From positions 15,592,645 through 15,656,644 of the forward strand of contig OZ316893.1 in NCBI GenBank assembly GCA_973895155.1: 64,000 bases of DNA. The letters run 5' to 3'. The stretch comes from Marsupella aquatica. Its lineage: Eukaryota > Plantae > Marchantiophyta. The position numbers and the translations under genes were made by a program. Positions 49,300 to 62,775 of this stretch are shown one piece after another (position 1 is the stretch's first letter; the number at the start of each line of letters is the position of its first letter). Under the pieces are notes generated by a model. That model did no database searches. It was given only the letters and a program-made list of their open reading frames with translations, and had not been told where the DNA came from.

Positions 49300-49985
49300 T
49301 CTATAAGTAGTCATTTATGCAATAAGTCCATAATGACTGTATGTTATTGTAAACATTGATATATCATGATTTTTAGATTGACCCTATATTTAGTCATTTA
49401 TGCGACAAGTCCATAATGAGAGTATGTTGTTGTCAACACTGATATATCCTAGTTTCAGTATTGACTATGGAGTTAGTCATTTATGAGAGAAGTCCATATT
49501 AATGACAGTATGTTCTTGTAAATACTGATATGTCCTAATTTCAAGATTGACCCTAGAGTTAGTCATTTATGAAAGAAGTCCATAATGACGGTATGCTATT
49601 GTAAACACTGATATGTCCTAATTTCAAGATTGACCCTAGAGTTAGTCATTTATGAAAGAAGTCCATAATGACGGTATGCTATTGTAAACACTGATATGTC
49701 CTAATTTCAAGATTGACCCTAGAGTTAGTCATTTATGAAAGAAGTCCATAATGACGGTATGCTATTGTAAACACTGATATGTCCTAATTTCAAGATTGAC
49801 CCTAGAGTTAGTCATTTATGAAAGAAGTCCATAATGACGGTATGCTATTGTAAACACTGATATGTCCTAATTTCAAGATTGACCCTAGAGTTAGTCATTT
49901 ATGAAAGAAGTCCATAATGACAGTATGCTATTATAAACACTGATATATTCTCATTTTCAGATTGACCCTATGTTTTGTCATTTAA
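49300..49985. repeat. 83-bp tandem array (about 8 units, central ones identical)
   Basis: cataatgac at 49581, 49664, 49747, 49830 and 49913 (period 83); degenerate flanking units. Confidence 0.93.
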
Positions 49986-52889
49986 CACCGTTGGTTAAAA
50001 TGACGGAAATACATTTTTTGTCATTTATCACCGTTGACCAAAATGACCCAAATAAATTTTTGGTCATTTTAATCATTGTCCAGAGTGACTATAATGGTGC
50101 TAAACATTGATTTATCATTGTTGTTATTAATTGCGTCATTTAAGACATGTGTCTAAATTGACCATTTAGGGAAATTGGGTCATTTTGGTCACATCAGTCA
50201 TTACAAACATTATACAAAATGACGCAAAAGTTAACATTTTGTCATTTCAGTCTATTGGTCATTTTGGACAGTCATTCTCTTGTCATTCTTTTTGTGTCAT
50301 TAGAAATTTTGGTCATTTATTCATCTCCGTCATTGGGTGATTGGTCATAAAGGGCCCTGTTTTCTTCTAGTGGTCAGACACTTGAGCATTCAAGAGAATC
50401 TGGACAGTGTTTGCTCTCCCAGATTCGTTGATCGATAACAATCCATAAAAAGCGATCACTGAGACCATGACATGTGATTCGTAACTTCCTGAGTTCAACT
50501 GCTTTCGATAGGAGTGTGACTGGAATCGATCCCAATACATCCTACGTTGAAACTTTGTGCCTCGACAGAATGGCTTATTTTCTTTCAAAGTGTCACTCGA
50601 TGGGTTTCAAAACACGTTAGCTAACTAGCTTGTCTACAGCATAATGTACTGGGTGTTCTACCTCCTCCTTTGGTCCTGAGCAGCACGAAGTAGTTCCCCT
50701 TTCTGAGGCCATTTGGTAATGATTTGGTGTACCGGTGAAAGAAGTTTCGGGTGGCTTTACAACAACTTGGGGCAACAGTTCATTTTTTCCAAAGTGTGAG
50801 ATGCAATGTCATGCATTCATATATGGGAACAGGGAACAGGTCACACTTCACTTTACATGAACTTGGGGGCACAATCAAGCAAAACCATATACATATATTA
50901 CTGAACCTAGTTATCTTTCAGTGGGCCCCTTGTGATCCTTTTTTCCTGATGTGTGTATGCTATTTTGTCCAAAACTCAAGCCTTCTCCTGAGGTGGTCTA
51001 AAAAACTGAAGCAAATGACCGGTTATTTTCAGTGAATTGCATTGATTATTTCCGGACCTGACACATTTTGGCATTTTAACTGTAAGAAAATGGCCATCAG
51101 CTTTGCTTGGGATGGGGAAACATTGAACTGCCCCCACCGTCTTGTAAAGCTCCCCTTAGTCCATTGTGTGGTTTGGAAGCTTTTCAACGTGTTTTGTCGC
51201 GACGTGTGGAACAGCGCAAACCACGCCTCAAAGCTTGTATGAGCGCAGTTTTTCTTTTCTTGGATTTGGTATTTTACGGAAGAGCGGTCCAGCACCGGTC
51301 AGCGGACAGAAAGATTTTGAAATGAGCTGTAAGCATCATAGATTCTAGTTGCTCATCAGCGTCGTGTGTGAAATTAGCAGCCAAAGCGAACACTGAGCTC
51401 GAGCTAGATTACATCCTATAATGATAATGACAGTTTGAGAATTGTGAATTGAGAGGACTGTCATCCATGTAATGATATTGACAGTAAGTTTGAGAATTGT
51501 GGTTTGAGAGGTTGAGAATTGTGGTTTGAGAGGACTGTCATCATGGTGCTCAGAAGTTTTTCCAACCGTTCATTTCCATCATATTTAAGCTTATGCCACC
51601 AAAGAGCCAATCGGAGCAGAAAATTGAAGCTAAGTGCGCGTCAGATTTAAACATAAACCATTGATAGATTCCCCAATTTTCTAAAAACTACGCAGCCATA
51701 AACCACAGAACAAATTTACTTTCCACCATGTCTTGTTCAACACGAATTGAAAGTTTATCGAATCTGAATGTTTTGATGTGGGAGACTTTTTGGAGTAAAA
51801 TCTCTGACACTGACCGAGCGGCGACGCACCTGAATTATTGGCAATAATCAATCGGTTATTTAAGAACATCGCTTGGAGAGCCTGTCCCTGTATACATATT
51901 TACCTATGATCTTAATATTGCCACGTTAAACTTAGACCACCATCGGCTACTCCAAACAAATGGTGTTGAATGGTAAACAAAATTGGGTGATTTTACCTAA
52001 AAATGCCCGTTTGAGGGCGATAGGCTGATTTGGCCATAAAACCTTATCAAATTAAGATTTCACGAAAACAGGAGAGCTGTACATGCATCCGTGACAAGTA
52101 TTAACTAAGGCAGAATAATAATAATATTCACCCACGTCAATTACTCGGGCTCTTTCGGTTTCCGAAGGAAAATTATGCTCGGATAAATGAGAACTTGGAG
52201 GGAAGAGTATATATATGTATATGTATGTGATATAAAAACGGACTGCAACGGGACTTTAGCACGGACTTGCATCAAAAGAATATTAGGGAGGTAACTCGGG
52301 AGGTAATCGGAGGAAAGATGATACATCCGCCACAGTCAAACTAATTGGAGGCTCAGTATCTGCATTTAACACAGTATGGTGACTAAATGGCGGGTCGGGG
52401 CGGTTTATATCCAGGATCGAAAAATTTAGCAAATTTAGCACAAATTACCGTAGACACTACCAGATTCTTCTTTCGTCAATGTTCACTTTTAGAACAGACC
52501 CGGGAACAGAATCTTGAGACTTTTGTAGATGAATCTACAGTAGGATTGAAGAATGAAAACACGGTGGTTTCTGGTTGCGATCTCTACTGGGAGTTCGGCT
52601 GCCTGTATCTATTCTTTGACGGCGGCGGTCATTTGTTCTACCTCAGTAGCCCTTCAATAAAACTTTGTTTTCCTGACACACATTCATACCTTTTTTAATC
52701 TCAATGAAACCTAACCAAGATGAAAAGTTAATTAAAGCTTAATTATTAAAAATAGAATTTAAAGAATTGAATATTAGCTTTAAATTTATAAAAAAAACTT
52801 GAATCTAAATAAAATGTATAAAATCTTTAATTGAAAAAAATTAATTAAACTTGGTTATGCTTGGACTCTATGATGCGGTGGTCGTTATC

Positions 52890-53445
52890 TCGCGTCTCCA
52901 ATTTCTATGTGCAATGCACGGGTTATTGAATATTTTCCCAACAATTTTACCTTGCCTTAACATCTTTTTTTCATCTCGTCGTTTTTTCTCGCATTGACAT
53001 CTTTATCTCACCCTCGGCATTTTTCTCTCTTCGATCTTTTACTCATCTTTACATATTTTTCTCACTTTGCCATCTTTTTCACCTCAATATCTTAACTTTC
53101 TCACCTTGACATCTTTATCTCACCCTCGGCATTTTTTCTCTTTTCGATCTTTTACTCATCTTTACATATTTTTGTCACTTTGCCATCTTTTCTCACCTCA
53201 ATATCTTAACTTTGTCTCACCTTGATATGTGTATCTCACCACAATGTCTTTCCTTCATCTCGATATCTTTTCTCTCCTTGACATCTTTTTTTTGCCTTGA
53301 CATCTTTTTCTCTCATGACCTCTTTTTTTCATCGACTTCTTTTCCTCACCTAGACATTCTTTCTCTCATTGACATCTTTCTCACCTTGACATCTTTTTGT
53401 CACCTCAACATCTCTTATGCAACACACAGTCAATCATAGGGCTAG
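52890..53445 (+). repeat. pyrimidine-rich tandem repeats (ctcaccttgacatctttt) with Helitron-like 3' signals
   Basis: ~112-bp duplication at ~52994/53106; gtgcaatgcacggg hairpin-like motif at ~52909; terminal CTAG|T at 53442-53446. Confidence 0.35.
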
Positions 53446-56400
53446 TGAATAATAGTCAAGAGTCACCTCAACAAAAGGTGTTGGTAGTCACAATAAATTT
53501 TTGAGCAAGTTGCCTTTCTTCAATCCAGTTTCTTAACGTCCTTTCCTATTTGGTTGTTTGTAGCTTGATACTCTAGAGATAATGGGGTTAACACAAGTTT
53601 GTCAAGGAGTGCCTCTAAATTGTCTTCTGGAGGTTTGGGATGGATTCCTTTTCTTCAGTGGTAACTCTAGTTAAATATTTACTTTGTGAGGGTTGTCTCT
53701 TGAGACCAAAGCCTGGGATGAACCCAGAAGTTGTCTCAACCCATCCCAATGGACTCCAGTCAAGTCATCAGTTTACACACAGAAGTTGTCTCATGTCAAC
53801 CCCCATGGACTCCCTGAGTCATCTATTTGAACAGGACAGGTCATCTTTGCTTTACACCCTGACAGAGTTGTTCCTTGGGGAACCCCTTCGTTCTCTGGGA
53901 GTGCATTTGGTTGGTGGCCATAGGAGACGAATATTCCTCTCCATAAGAGCAACGGCCACATTCCGTGGGTGATGGCCACTGGATTCGGTGACCCATTCCC
54001 TTGATTACACGCAAGCTCCATGACAAAACCCGTAGAGGGACAATGTAGAGGTAACCCATATCTGGTATTGGCACCCCTGGCTAATTAATGGGTCACCTCT
54101 ACATCCCTGCGGATGAGAGATGGCCAAAGAAATGGGTGACGACTACATGGTCGGAATGCAGCGGCCAGACAGAAGTTTGTTTTCTCTTTTCGTTGATAGC
54201 TTCCAATTATTTGTGGCCAATGCTAGCTAAATGAATTATGATGCTTTTGCAAAGGATCTTGCCATGAGCTTTAATTGGGGATTGCTGCTAGAACGTTTGT
54301 AGTTTCCGATTGGACTTTCTGGTCATTGGCTGCTTCTGTTTGGGTGTGGACACTTGACAAATATCAGGAAGGCTATCATGGTTTTGTGATAGTGCTTGCA
54401 TGAGCAGGTGCTAGATACTTAGTGGATGTCATCAGGGATGCAGAGTCATCCTGGAAGCAAGATGATTGCAAACATAGTTGGGAGGGTGAGATAAAGGGTC
54501 CCGGTAAGCAGTTTCCTTCAAGTTGGTGGATATTAGGTCTCTCGCTAAGGTATGTGTGGCTCAACAAGCATTCTGTTAAGCTTCATTAAGGTGCACAATC
54601 ACCGGGATCAAAAACCCACTTACGGCCTGGGTCAAAAACAAATAAGATAGGGTGTAATGTGCCAAGTGACAAGTAGACACAGTTTGAATGAATTTTACAC
54701 ACAGCTATAAACCCTGTTTCTAACACCATGCAAAGTGACAAGCACCCACAGTTTGAATGAATTTTCCATAGTTAACCATGACAAACCGGTTCCGATTACC
54801 ATTCCGGATGTACTGAAACCTGTCCGCATGGTAGCTTTTTCAACCCTCATGACCCGTGCTCTTATGTACGGCTGAGCTTATGGAAATCATGGCACTCAGG
54901 TATATGGTCGCCAGGACGCCATGATGTATTGCTGACCTGAAAACTCAAAAGCGCGTACAGATTTGAAGCTCGAACTGAGTCAAGCACTTTCTCATGAGGT
55001 TCTGGCTTCCATGTTCGTACGCTTATTCTCGCTCAAAACATCGTTCGTTCGGGATGTCCCAGACTCTGTGGCGCTAGTTGACGCTTTGACTATGGAAAGA
55101 AGTTGGCAGCGCTTTAACTGTTTGACTCGACTGGGAGTGAGTTGACCATCACTTTGACTCGAGTCCCCTTGTATCAACGGCCGTAATGTATGTGTCTTGT
55201 CCATTATTGTTAGAGCTTTCTCGGCAGCTTTATAAATATCCTGCTGGTGGAGGACGGACACTGACTACCTACAGCTCGAAATGATTACGACAGCCACATA
55301 ACTTTACTTGGCGGGTGCCGTCCTGCATACTCATACTCTCAGTCGGGGTTGATTTTTTAAACAGAGTCAGCGCAAATTCTTAACTAATATACAAATGAGA
55401 AATCGCGTGTACGCGTAAGGTGTTATACGAGAAATGGTCCAATTTAGCTGGTCCAATACATCGCTTACACGTATTGCCCTCAATCCTCATGCTGATAAGA
55501 GTAACGAATGAATGTTTCCCACTGCGCACTGCACTGTTGATGTTCAGCTTATTGCCCGAAAAATGTCAACCCAACCGCGCAAATGTGGGATCATAATCCA
55601 ATCCGAGAAACAACTGATTTGATTTTTACTGCAGCTTGCAACTTCGTGTTATAGGGATACCTGCTTCAGCGCGGTGATTGGAAGGTACGTGCAACTGAAT
55701 GCAATTTTCTAACGAGACGGCGTCTGTCTACTTTTATCGACGCGCTTGAAATTTACGAATTGGTCAAAGCTTCTGCTGGAAGCACTTATTGCGACTTTCC
55801 CAATCGGTCGAAGTAAGGGGTACATAATTCATACATCATTTTATAACGCAGTCTGACCTGCTATTCCAAAATCTAGCGAATTTCCATCTTGAGCTCAAAC
55901 GCGTGATTCTAGCTTTCAATTGGAACTGTTTCAATCAAGAACGAGTAGTAGACAAAATTGTTCAATCGCAATGGCAGACTCATCTCGGAACCACGAAGTC
56001 ATCGATCCTACCGCTTAATTGCCATTGAGTTGTTCGGCAATGTGCTTGACATATTGAGATAAGAAAAGTGTTCAATTGCGACAGTTGTTTGTATAATATA
56101 ATGCCCTTCTGTAGGTCAAGAACCCGAAAAGGGTCAGCATCCTTTTCCAATGACATGCTTTCAAGGTCGTCTACTTCAGCTTTCTCAACAATGTCACGAG
56201 TTTCAACATCCCTGTCAACACTAACTGTACTTTCTGAAGCACGTTTGGAAATTGATCGTGTGCTCGGTAGCTCTCGTAGTCCCGCGCGTAATCTAGACTC
56301 ACAATGGCAACGACATGGATGTAGGCCCCAATTCATAGACCAATGATCCCCCGGCCGTTGCAGCAGTGGCCATAAAGATACCTGAAGTCAATTCATTGAG

Positions 56401-57984
56401 TTTTGTCGAGGCAAACAAAATAAAGATACCTGAAGTTGTATGTACATACTACAGTAGACTTCACTGTCCTTTGCTTCCTACAGTCCGACCGCTCCCTGTT
56501 TTGAACAATGTAATCTTCAAGGGTTTTCCTTATCAGCCAGACTGGGAATGTCAGGTGTGTGAAAGTGTAATCTTTAATGTTTTTCCTCTTACCCAGAGTG
56601 GCGAATGTCAGGTGTGTGAAGGAACTCTACGTATGTGACGTTAGTCTCTAGATTTAACGAGTGCCGTTAGATTCTGGCTATGGGGCCTGTGACTAGGTGG
56701 GAACTGGAGAATGGACCATGAAAAAACTAGCGAATTTTCGTTAAAAGTGGCCCAAGATTTTTTGCAGAGGTGGAATAATTATAACGAAAATTTTACACTA
56801 AAAATAATGCTGGTTGTGAATACTAGCCTGAGGTCCCTGAACGTAAATTTTATAATGGCGAGTTGCAGCACTTTGGGAGACTCACTCTACCCCTAATCCC
56901 CATTTTCCACCCGAGACTTTAATTCTATTACACCCAGGGTCATTGTAGAGATAGGTGAAAGTAGAGGTAGAGTACACTCAAGCCAGTTGCACCATTGTCA
57001 GTCCACTGGCAACCCCAAGCGTCCCCCACTAGACTTAGGTCTATTGTAGATGCTTCACTCTCGACATAGGCCCCTACGGAATAGCCTTCAATGGCAATTA
57101 TGTAATTAGATTATTATTATATTTCCTGAGCCAAACGCTACTCGGTTGCTTCCGGTCGTTTTGGATTGAAGAGCGCAGAACATATCATTGGAATGAGTTT
57201 CTGGGTACTAGTTGTGAGCGTTGAGGCTCCCCGAAGCTTCTTCAGTGTGTTAATTACGCGGACCGCAGTCGACGCTCCAAACACCAATCGCGTATCCAGG
57301 GTCACAGTTTACTCACCCCTGCATGCGATCAGAAGATTATATGCAGGTGAAGGTCGAGTACATATTTTAACCATTCTGCCTGACTTCCTGTTGACACAGT
57401 CCTTCACAATCAAACGAAGATAAGGTCTGCTTGCTGGGATGGTGGTCTGAAACCGTGTTAAAGTCCCGTACGCTGCAGTTTCTCGTCAACGTAGAGTCGT
57501 TTCTAAAGTGCCACGCTGAAACATATTTGAAATTTTGATCTCAAGTACATAAAGTGGCGCAGCGGAGTCATTAACATTGACAAAACGACGAATGGTGAAC
57601 TTCGGCGTTGTTGCTCGAATAGATTCAGGGCACATCAGACGGCAGACTAAAAGCGGATCATTACTGGAAAGTAACAAAGGCAACAAACATCGAAGTTGCG
57701 TTAGCTATTCTGAGCTGGCGTACTGAACGATTGATCTCTGACTAAAGTTGTACTAATTATCGGTAACCAACCAATTGTCAATTGCCTACACATAGATTCA
57801 AGACACAAGTCTAAATCTAGTCACATTGGAAAAGAAGATAAACATACTTTTTGCGTAGCAACGGCTGGGAATCAGCTAATACTAGTATTGCTTCGCAGCA
57901 CCTTAATTATTCTGTTATGAATGAACAGCGTTACGCTGGCCGGAAAGGTTATTTCTGTGTCAGAAGTGTTCAAGAAAAGTTCAT

Positions 57985-58028
57985 GAGTCGTCGTTGAGTC
58001 GTCGTTGAGTCGTCGTTGAGTCGTCGTT
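57985..58028. repeat. 11-bp minisatellite (GAGTCGTCGTT)x4
   Basis: Direct reading of the sequence. Confidence 0.9.
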
Positions 58029-59747
58029 GCCCCATGACACACAATCCGACTTTAGTGGCTCCTCAAGTAGTGGCGTGGTATCAATGCCGCGCTTACGGTA
58101 CTGTTCTAGCTGCAGATGCCGCGAAATTGCCGAGGTCAAATTGACACACGGAGAATCTTCGCAAAACAGACTGCCCAAGAAATTCCAGGAAGGTGACGGT
58201 GAGGCTCTCCACGTAACCTCATTAAATTCAGCCATGAAATGTCGTTATTTCTTTTCTTTTGGTTTTCATGGAGCTGCGTTTCCAAAATAGAGGAAAGAAC
58301 TTCATTGCCTCTTGAATGTAAATTGTACGGCCATTTTTAATATCCTATGGATGGACCTACACTGATTACCGTGTAATTTCACCGTCGAGGTCTCTTAACA
58401 CCGGTCATTCATATACTTACAATTGAACAGAACGTATGTCAAGGGCTTTTGGAATGTTGGGATATCAACTCCACATTTCAGAGACTTTGATTCGTCTACA
58501 CCAATTTGTTCTGGAACGAAAGTGGATGCCTATTTTAAATCGGCAGAGCAAATTTAGTCCTGTCCGACCAGGTTAAGTACACGCTGTCCTAGCGCAAGGG
58601 GAGCAGAATAAGCATCAACGACGAACGCGGAGGTTATTGGTCGCTGTTGTCAATGACGTAAATTAGTTAGCTGTAGAAGATAGTTTGGCGCGAACATAGA
58701 AGCTTCCTTGTCCCCGCCAGAAAAAGCTCACGCGGAGGTCCATCTTCCGATATCTTCCTTTCAGTATTCAGATGTGCATCTCTAGATTTGAACCTTGAGT
58801 AAATGCTAACGCGCGCATGTGCTGCGTAGTTCACACCGAGCTTCGTCCTGAAGCTCATTCCTTACTCCATCCCATGTCTACCACGTGGCCTTTCCCGAAC
58901 TTATTCTTTGAGTGCACATTGTAGAGACGCCTTAATAATCTCAATTACACTGCATCAATCCAGAAAGCCGTCATTGGCAGATCGATGCACCACAGACAAT
59001 GCGGGTGCTCTAGCAGCTGCTGCGCACTTTACCTGTACGTATAGTGAAGCAGACGCAATTCTAGAACACGGTACGAAATAAAACACTCATTTCAGCGACC
59101 CTTGCCTCAATTCAATCGTCCCAATTTCTGAGGGAGCTCGTTCACGACGTAATTATGTCTGGCACGCATTTACCAAGAAATGCGAGAGACCTCCAAAATT
59201 ACAACAATTGATATCTCTACGGACGCTACTCTCTGAGAGATAAACCTACCCAGAGCTGAATCTAACAACCACAAATTCAGGAGAGTGGATGGATCTAATC
59301 CAACTAGAATAAGGGCTATTGTCTAGAGTGAAGCCGCGACCATGACTTTAACAAGGCCAAAGAATGCCATCGATCGGGTAGGAACCCGACATTAGACTAA
59401 GAGGATTGACAGTAGTGCCACACGCTGGTGACAAACTCTTCAAGGAGGGCCACGGTAGCCAGTTCTACATTAGTCTAGAGCCTAAGTGAAACTCATTCAA
59501 TACGGGCGGCACGGGCAGGGTAGATATTACAAACCCTCGTGATCTGCAACACATTGCCATGCAGACGTATATCCTACGATTTGTTGTGATTACACGTTCT
59601 CTTCCGATTGACACTCGATTGACATCAACTTGGTACGGCTTGTTCAGTACGCCTTTGGGAATCGACCACCTACAGGAGAGGTAGCTTCCAAGTCTTGGGA
59701 CATGCGTTGGATCAGGATTATGCAGTTTCCAGCTCTGGACTGGAATA

Positions 59748-59760
59748 GGTATATATACCC
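59748..59760 (+). promoter_or_regulatory. putative TATA box of the 60071 small-peptide gene
   Basis: ggTATATATAccc about 310 nt upstream of the ATG, followed by a CT-rich leader (tctcctattctatctcc, ttctcctcttct). Confidence 0.5.
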
Positions 59761-60070
59761 CTTCCCTTGGACCGTTTAGTCCAAAGTTCAAAGTCAGTGT
59801 ACCAATTCGTAGTAACAGCGGATTGATCTGCCCGTTGTCGACACCTCAATCTCCTATTCTATCTCCTAGTTCCCAGATTTCTCATATGCGAGCTGCTCCT
59901 CGTTTCACTTCTCCTCTTCTAACACGAGACGGGTGATCGAGACGATTTAGCACTCAGCAAGGACATTCTTGCACTGCCAGAAGAACTCGCTTGCATTACC
60001 AGAACGATCGCCAACGTTATTGCTGTATTTTTTTCGGCTGAATTTGAGTCGGTGGTACTGGCTATCAACG

Positions 60071-60223
60071 ATGGAGAAGCCAAACGACTTCTTCTATGCA
60101 AATGATTTACCGCCATGGCTTACTGCTGATGCTCCACCACAGACCGGGAATGGCAATGGTAACAACAACAACAACAACAACAACAACAACGATAATGCGA
60201 ATAACAACGGCAATCGTCAGTGA
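60071..60223 (+). CDS. small ORF, 50 aa MEKPNDFFYANDLPPWLTADAPPQTGNGNG(N)nDNANNNGNRQ, divergent family member
   Basis: aacgATGG context; PN-x-F-x-Y...PPWL motif; in-frame (AAC)n poly-Asn tail; upstream TATA box. Confidence 0.6.
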   Translation: MEKPNDFFYANDLPPWLTADAPPQTGNGNGNNNNNNNNNNDNANNNGNRQ

Positions 60224-61249
60224 TTCGTCCGATTTTCTGCCCAGGACTTCCGTACATTACGACTCCATCTTTCAATCGATCTGGCTTCCATAGTCTCATC
60301 AATCATCAACTTCACAGTTGATGAAAAATTCGTACCAACACTGTTTGCTTTCATGATACTGATGGAGAGCAGACGGTGCTTACTGATATTTGGCGCTCAT
60401 GATTTCACCTATAGCAATGTCCCTCCAAACATTGATGCGATCGAGCAGGATCATACTGATGGAGATCATTCGGCTCCAAATTTTCACCTCGACATTTGAA
60501 ACAGGGCTCCTCTGCATGATCGGCCTTGATACTTTGTCCAAATGAATTTCTGAACATACGACGTGCTCTGTTGGGTGCAATCCATGTCATTGATAACAGT
60601 CGTGAAAAGCTGACTTTCCACACCAGGCTGATGTGATCGTCACTTGTAAGTGAACCTTCTACAGGATGATCATAATAGGCAAGCTAGGGTGGCTGTACAA
60701 TTCCTTATTCTGTCGATACAGTGGACAAGATCCAGCGTGAATCCATTGTGAGCATTCAAGCTTTAAAAATTAGAGATATAGCGATGATAATTACAGTCTG
60801 TAGCTTTGCTTGCCGGAATCTTCGGCTAGTGCTCATATGTAACTGAAGGCTATCCTTTAAAAGAAGTTTGAAGGCTTCACCTACAAACTTGAGCCGGTCA
60901 AACCAATGAAATTGTGTTGGTGATATACGCCGAGAGAGGAATTTGTATCATTCCAGAGAGTTGATGTCAGACAGGATGCATAGGATAGCCAAGAGGTTGG
61001 TGGACTGTGCAGAGGAGATCGATCAACATGCTGGCAACCCCCTTCCACTCAACGGCCACGAATTATCTCTAGTGTAGGCCGAACTGTTGAGTCTGCTCCT
61101 GGTTATTATCACGATGCCAATGACCAACCACTTCGTCGCATTGTTCCCATAATCATGGAAACGGCCAAATGTATTTCATAATTATGAAGTGCACTTGCAT
61201 ATGTACTTGACTTACAGCATCCCACGGGACCCTACCTGTGGTGAATCCC

Positions 61250-61650
61250 TTTGATATGAATGCTCCCTTACTTGACCCACCACATGGCTAAACCCTAGGC
61301 TATGTCGTCTTTGTGATGAACTGCATTAATATGAAGCTTTCGCTGCTTGGCTACATGTGTGATGACGGCTACGTGGCTACACCCTAGACTATTTCCTTTT
61401 GTGTGATGAAATACATGACTGAACTCTTGGACACTCCATATTGATCACATGTGTGATGACGGCTACATGAACACACCCTAGACTCTTTCCTACTTTGAAA
61501 TAAGGCTACACCCCACACTATTTCGATGTTTGTGGTGAACTACATTATTATGACGTTTCCTAGTGTCTGGCAACATCTGAATGGGGACTACATATTTTGT
61601 TAGGCAATATGACTGATATGAAGTTTCGCACTGCTTCGCTACATCTATGA
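61250..61650. repeat. degenerate tandem repeats (acatgtgtgatgacggctac...accctagact)
   Basis: Motif at ~61353 and ~61447 with weaker copies around them. Confidence 0.6.
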
Positions 61651-62151
61651 TGCAGAGTACCTAAGAACTATGTAGGCCCACCGGTGGGGATGGTCTTAGT
61701 TCACAGGAGATTGCTTGCTTCACTTGTCTGTAAGTCCGTAGACATCTATTTTGACTGCTTCGAGTTCACAGGAGATGCTTGCTTCCCATGTTTCTCAGTG
61801 TCCAGAGGGCAAGGGCAGATACAATAGGTCGAGAGCACTGGGGGCAGTCCACACAGATGGATGTCAGTTCGTTGCACTGGAATTGCACTGATGTATTGGT
61901 TGTGAAGGTCCGTAAATTTTAAGATTGGCATGCGAGAAGGCAACGCTTGAGCTACAGAAGAGTACACGACCCGTGGGAGCCGCTGTCTACATAGGACAGT
62001 CGAAGTTCTTATCGCACGTCACAACATCCTCAATGGAAGAATAGCCAGTGGATTGATGTTCTGGTTAAGTGTGGCTGATGAGTTAGGTCGCTAGTGCCGT
62101 CTGCAGAAGTCTTTGCTTAACCACATTTGAGAGTGAGTTGTTGTGTCTCAA

Positions 62152-62775
62152 AGCATGTACAAATTAGAAACTACTTCAATTGTATTCGTCTGCACCACTT
62201 CGATTGAAGTAAATATGTCCTCCCTGTGTAAATTATCCAAAAAAGGTGCCTCGAGCCATTGCATCTGAAAATCAGGAAACGGACCAGTCGCTAACTACCG
62301 ACAAGATAGAACGGTAACAAACATCCAGACTCGACTGCCAAACACCTACGCTTCGACAAAAGATGTCCAGCCACACAAATAAGCTCAACAAACGTGAAAT
62401 ACAAATCTCCACCACTTATGGAACGCATGAAGTATCAGCCAGTACAACCCCCTGACAGCTGAGATTTGAAATCTCGCAGCATGTACAAATGAGAAGGTGC
62501 CTCAAATGTATTCTTCTGCACCACTTCCATTGGATCAAGTAAATATGTCCTCGCTGTGTAAATGATCCGAAAGAAGTGCGCCCAGAGACTGCATCTGAAA
62601 TCAGGCAAAATTATGAGTCACTAATTACCGACAAAATGAGAACGGTACCAAACATCCAGACTCCACTGCTAAACACCTTGGCTTCGACAAAAGATCCCCA
62701 GCTACACAAACAAGCTCAACCACCATGATAGGAAAGCATGCAGTACCAGATAGTACAAGCCCTTGACAGCTGATA
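62152..62775. repeat. diverged tandem duplication, 2 x ~310-325 bp
   Basis: agcatgtacaaat...ctgcaccacttc...aagtaaatatgtcctc...cttcgacaaaagat...tgacagctga at 62152 and 62478. Confidence 0.85.

Larger units (their letters stand above)
32527..50372 (-). mobile_element. CACTA (En/Spm) DNA transposon, 17,846 bp
   Basis: TIRs CACTAGTAGAAAACA...TTTATGACC / GGTCATAAA...TGTTTTCTTCTAGTG; 3-bp TSD GTC (32524-32526, 50373-50375); ATGAC/GTCAT-rich subterminal regions; Tnp2-family transposase inside. Confidence 0.96.

Noticed and set aside
49300-49985. CRISPR-like regular repeats
   Set aside because: Whole 83-bp units are repeated with no unique spacers, there are no cas genes, and the context is a eukaryotic TE.
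53460-54600. Possible LINE or retroelement remnant
   Set aside because: No RT, endonuclease or other diagnostic motif could be read in any frame.
54992-58858. Possible multi-exon minus-strand host gene
   Set aside because: Several exon-sized open frames exist, but I could not assemble a consistent splice model or recognise a domain; RNA-seq is needed.
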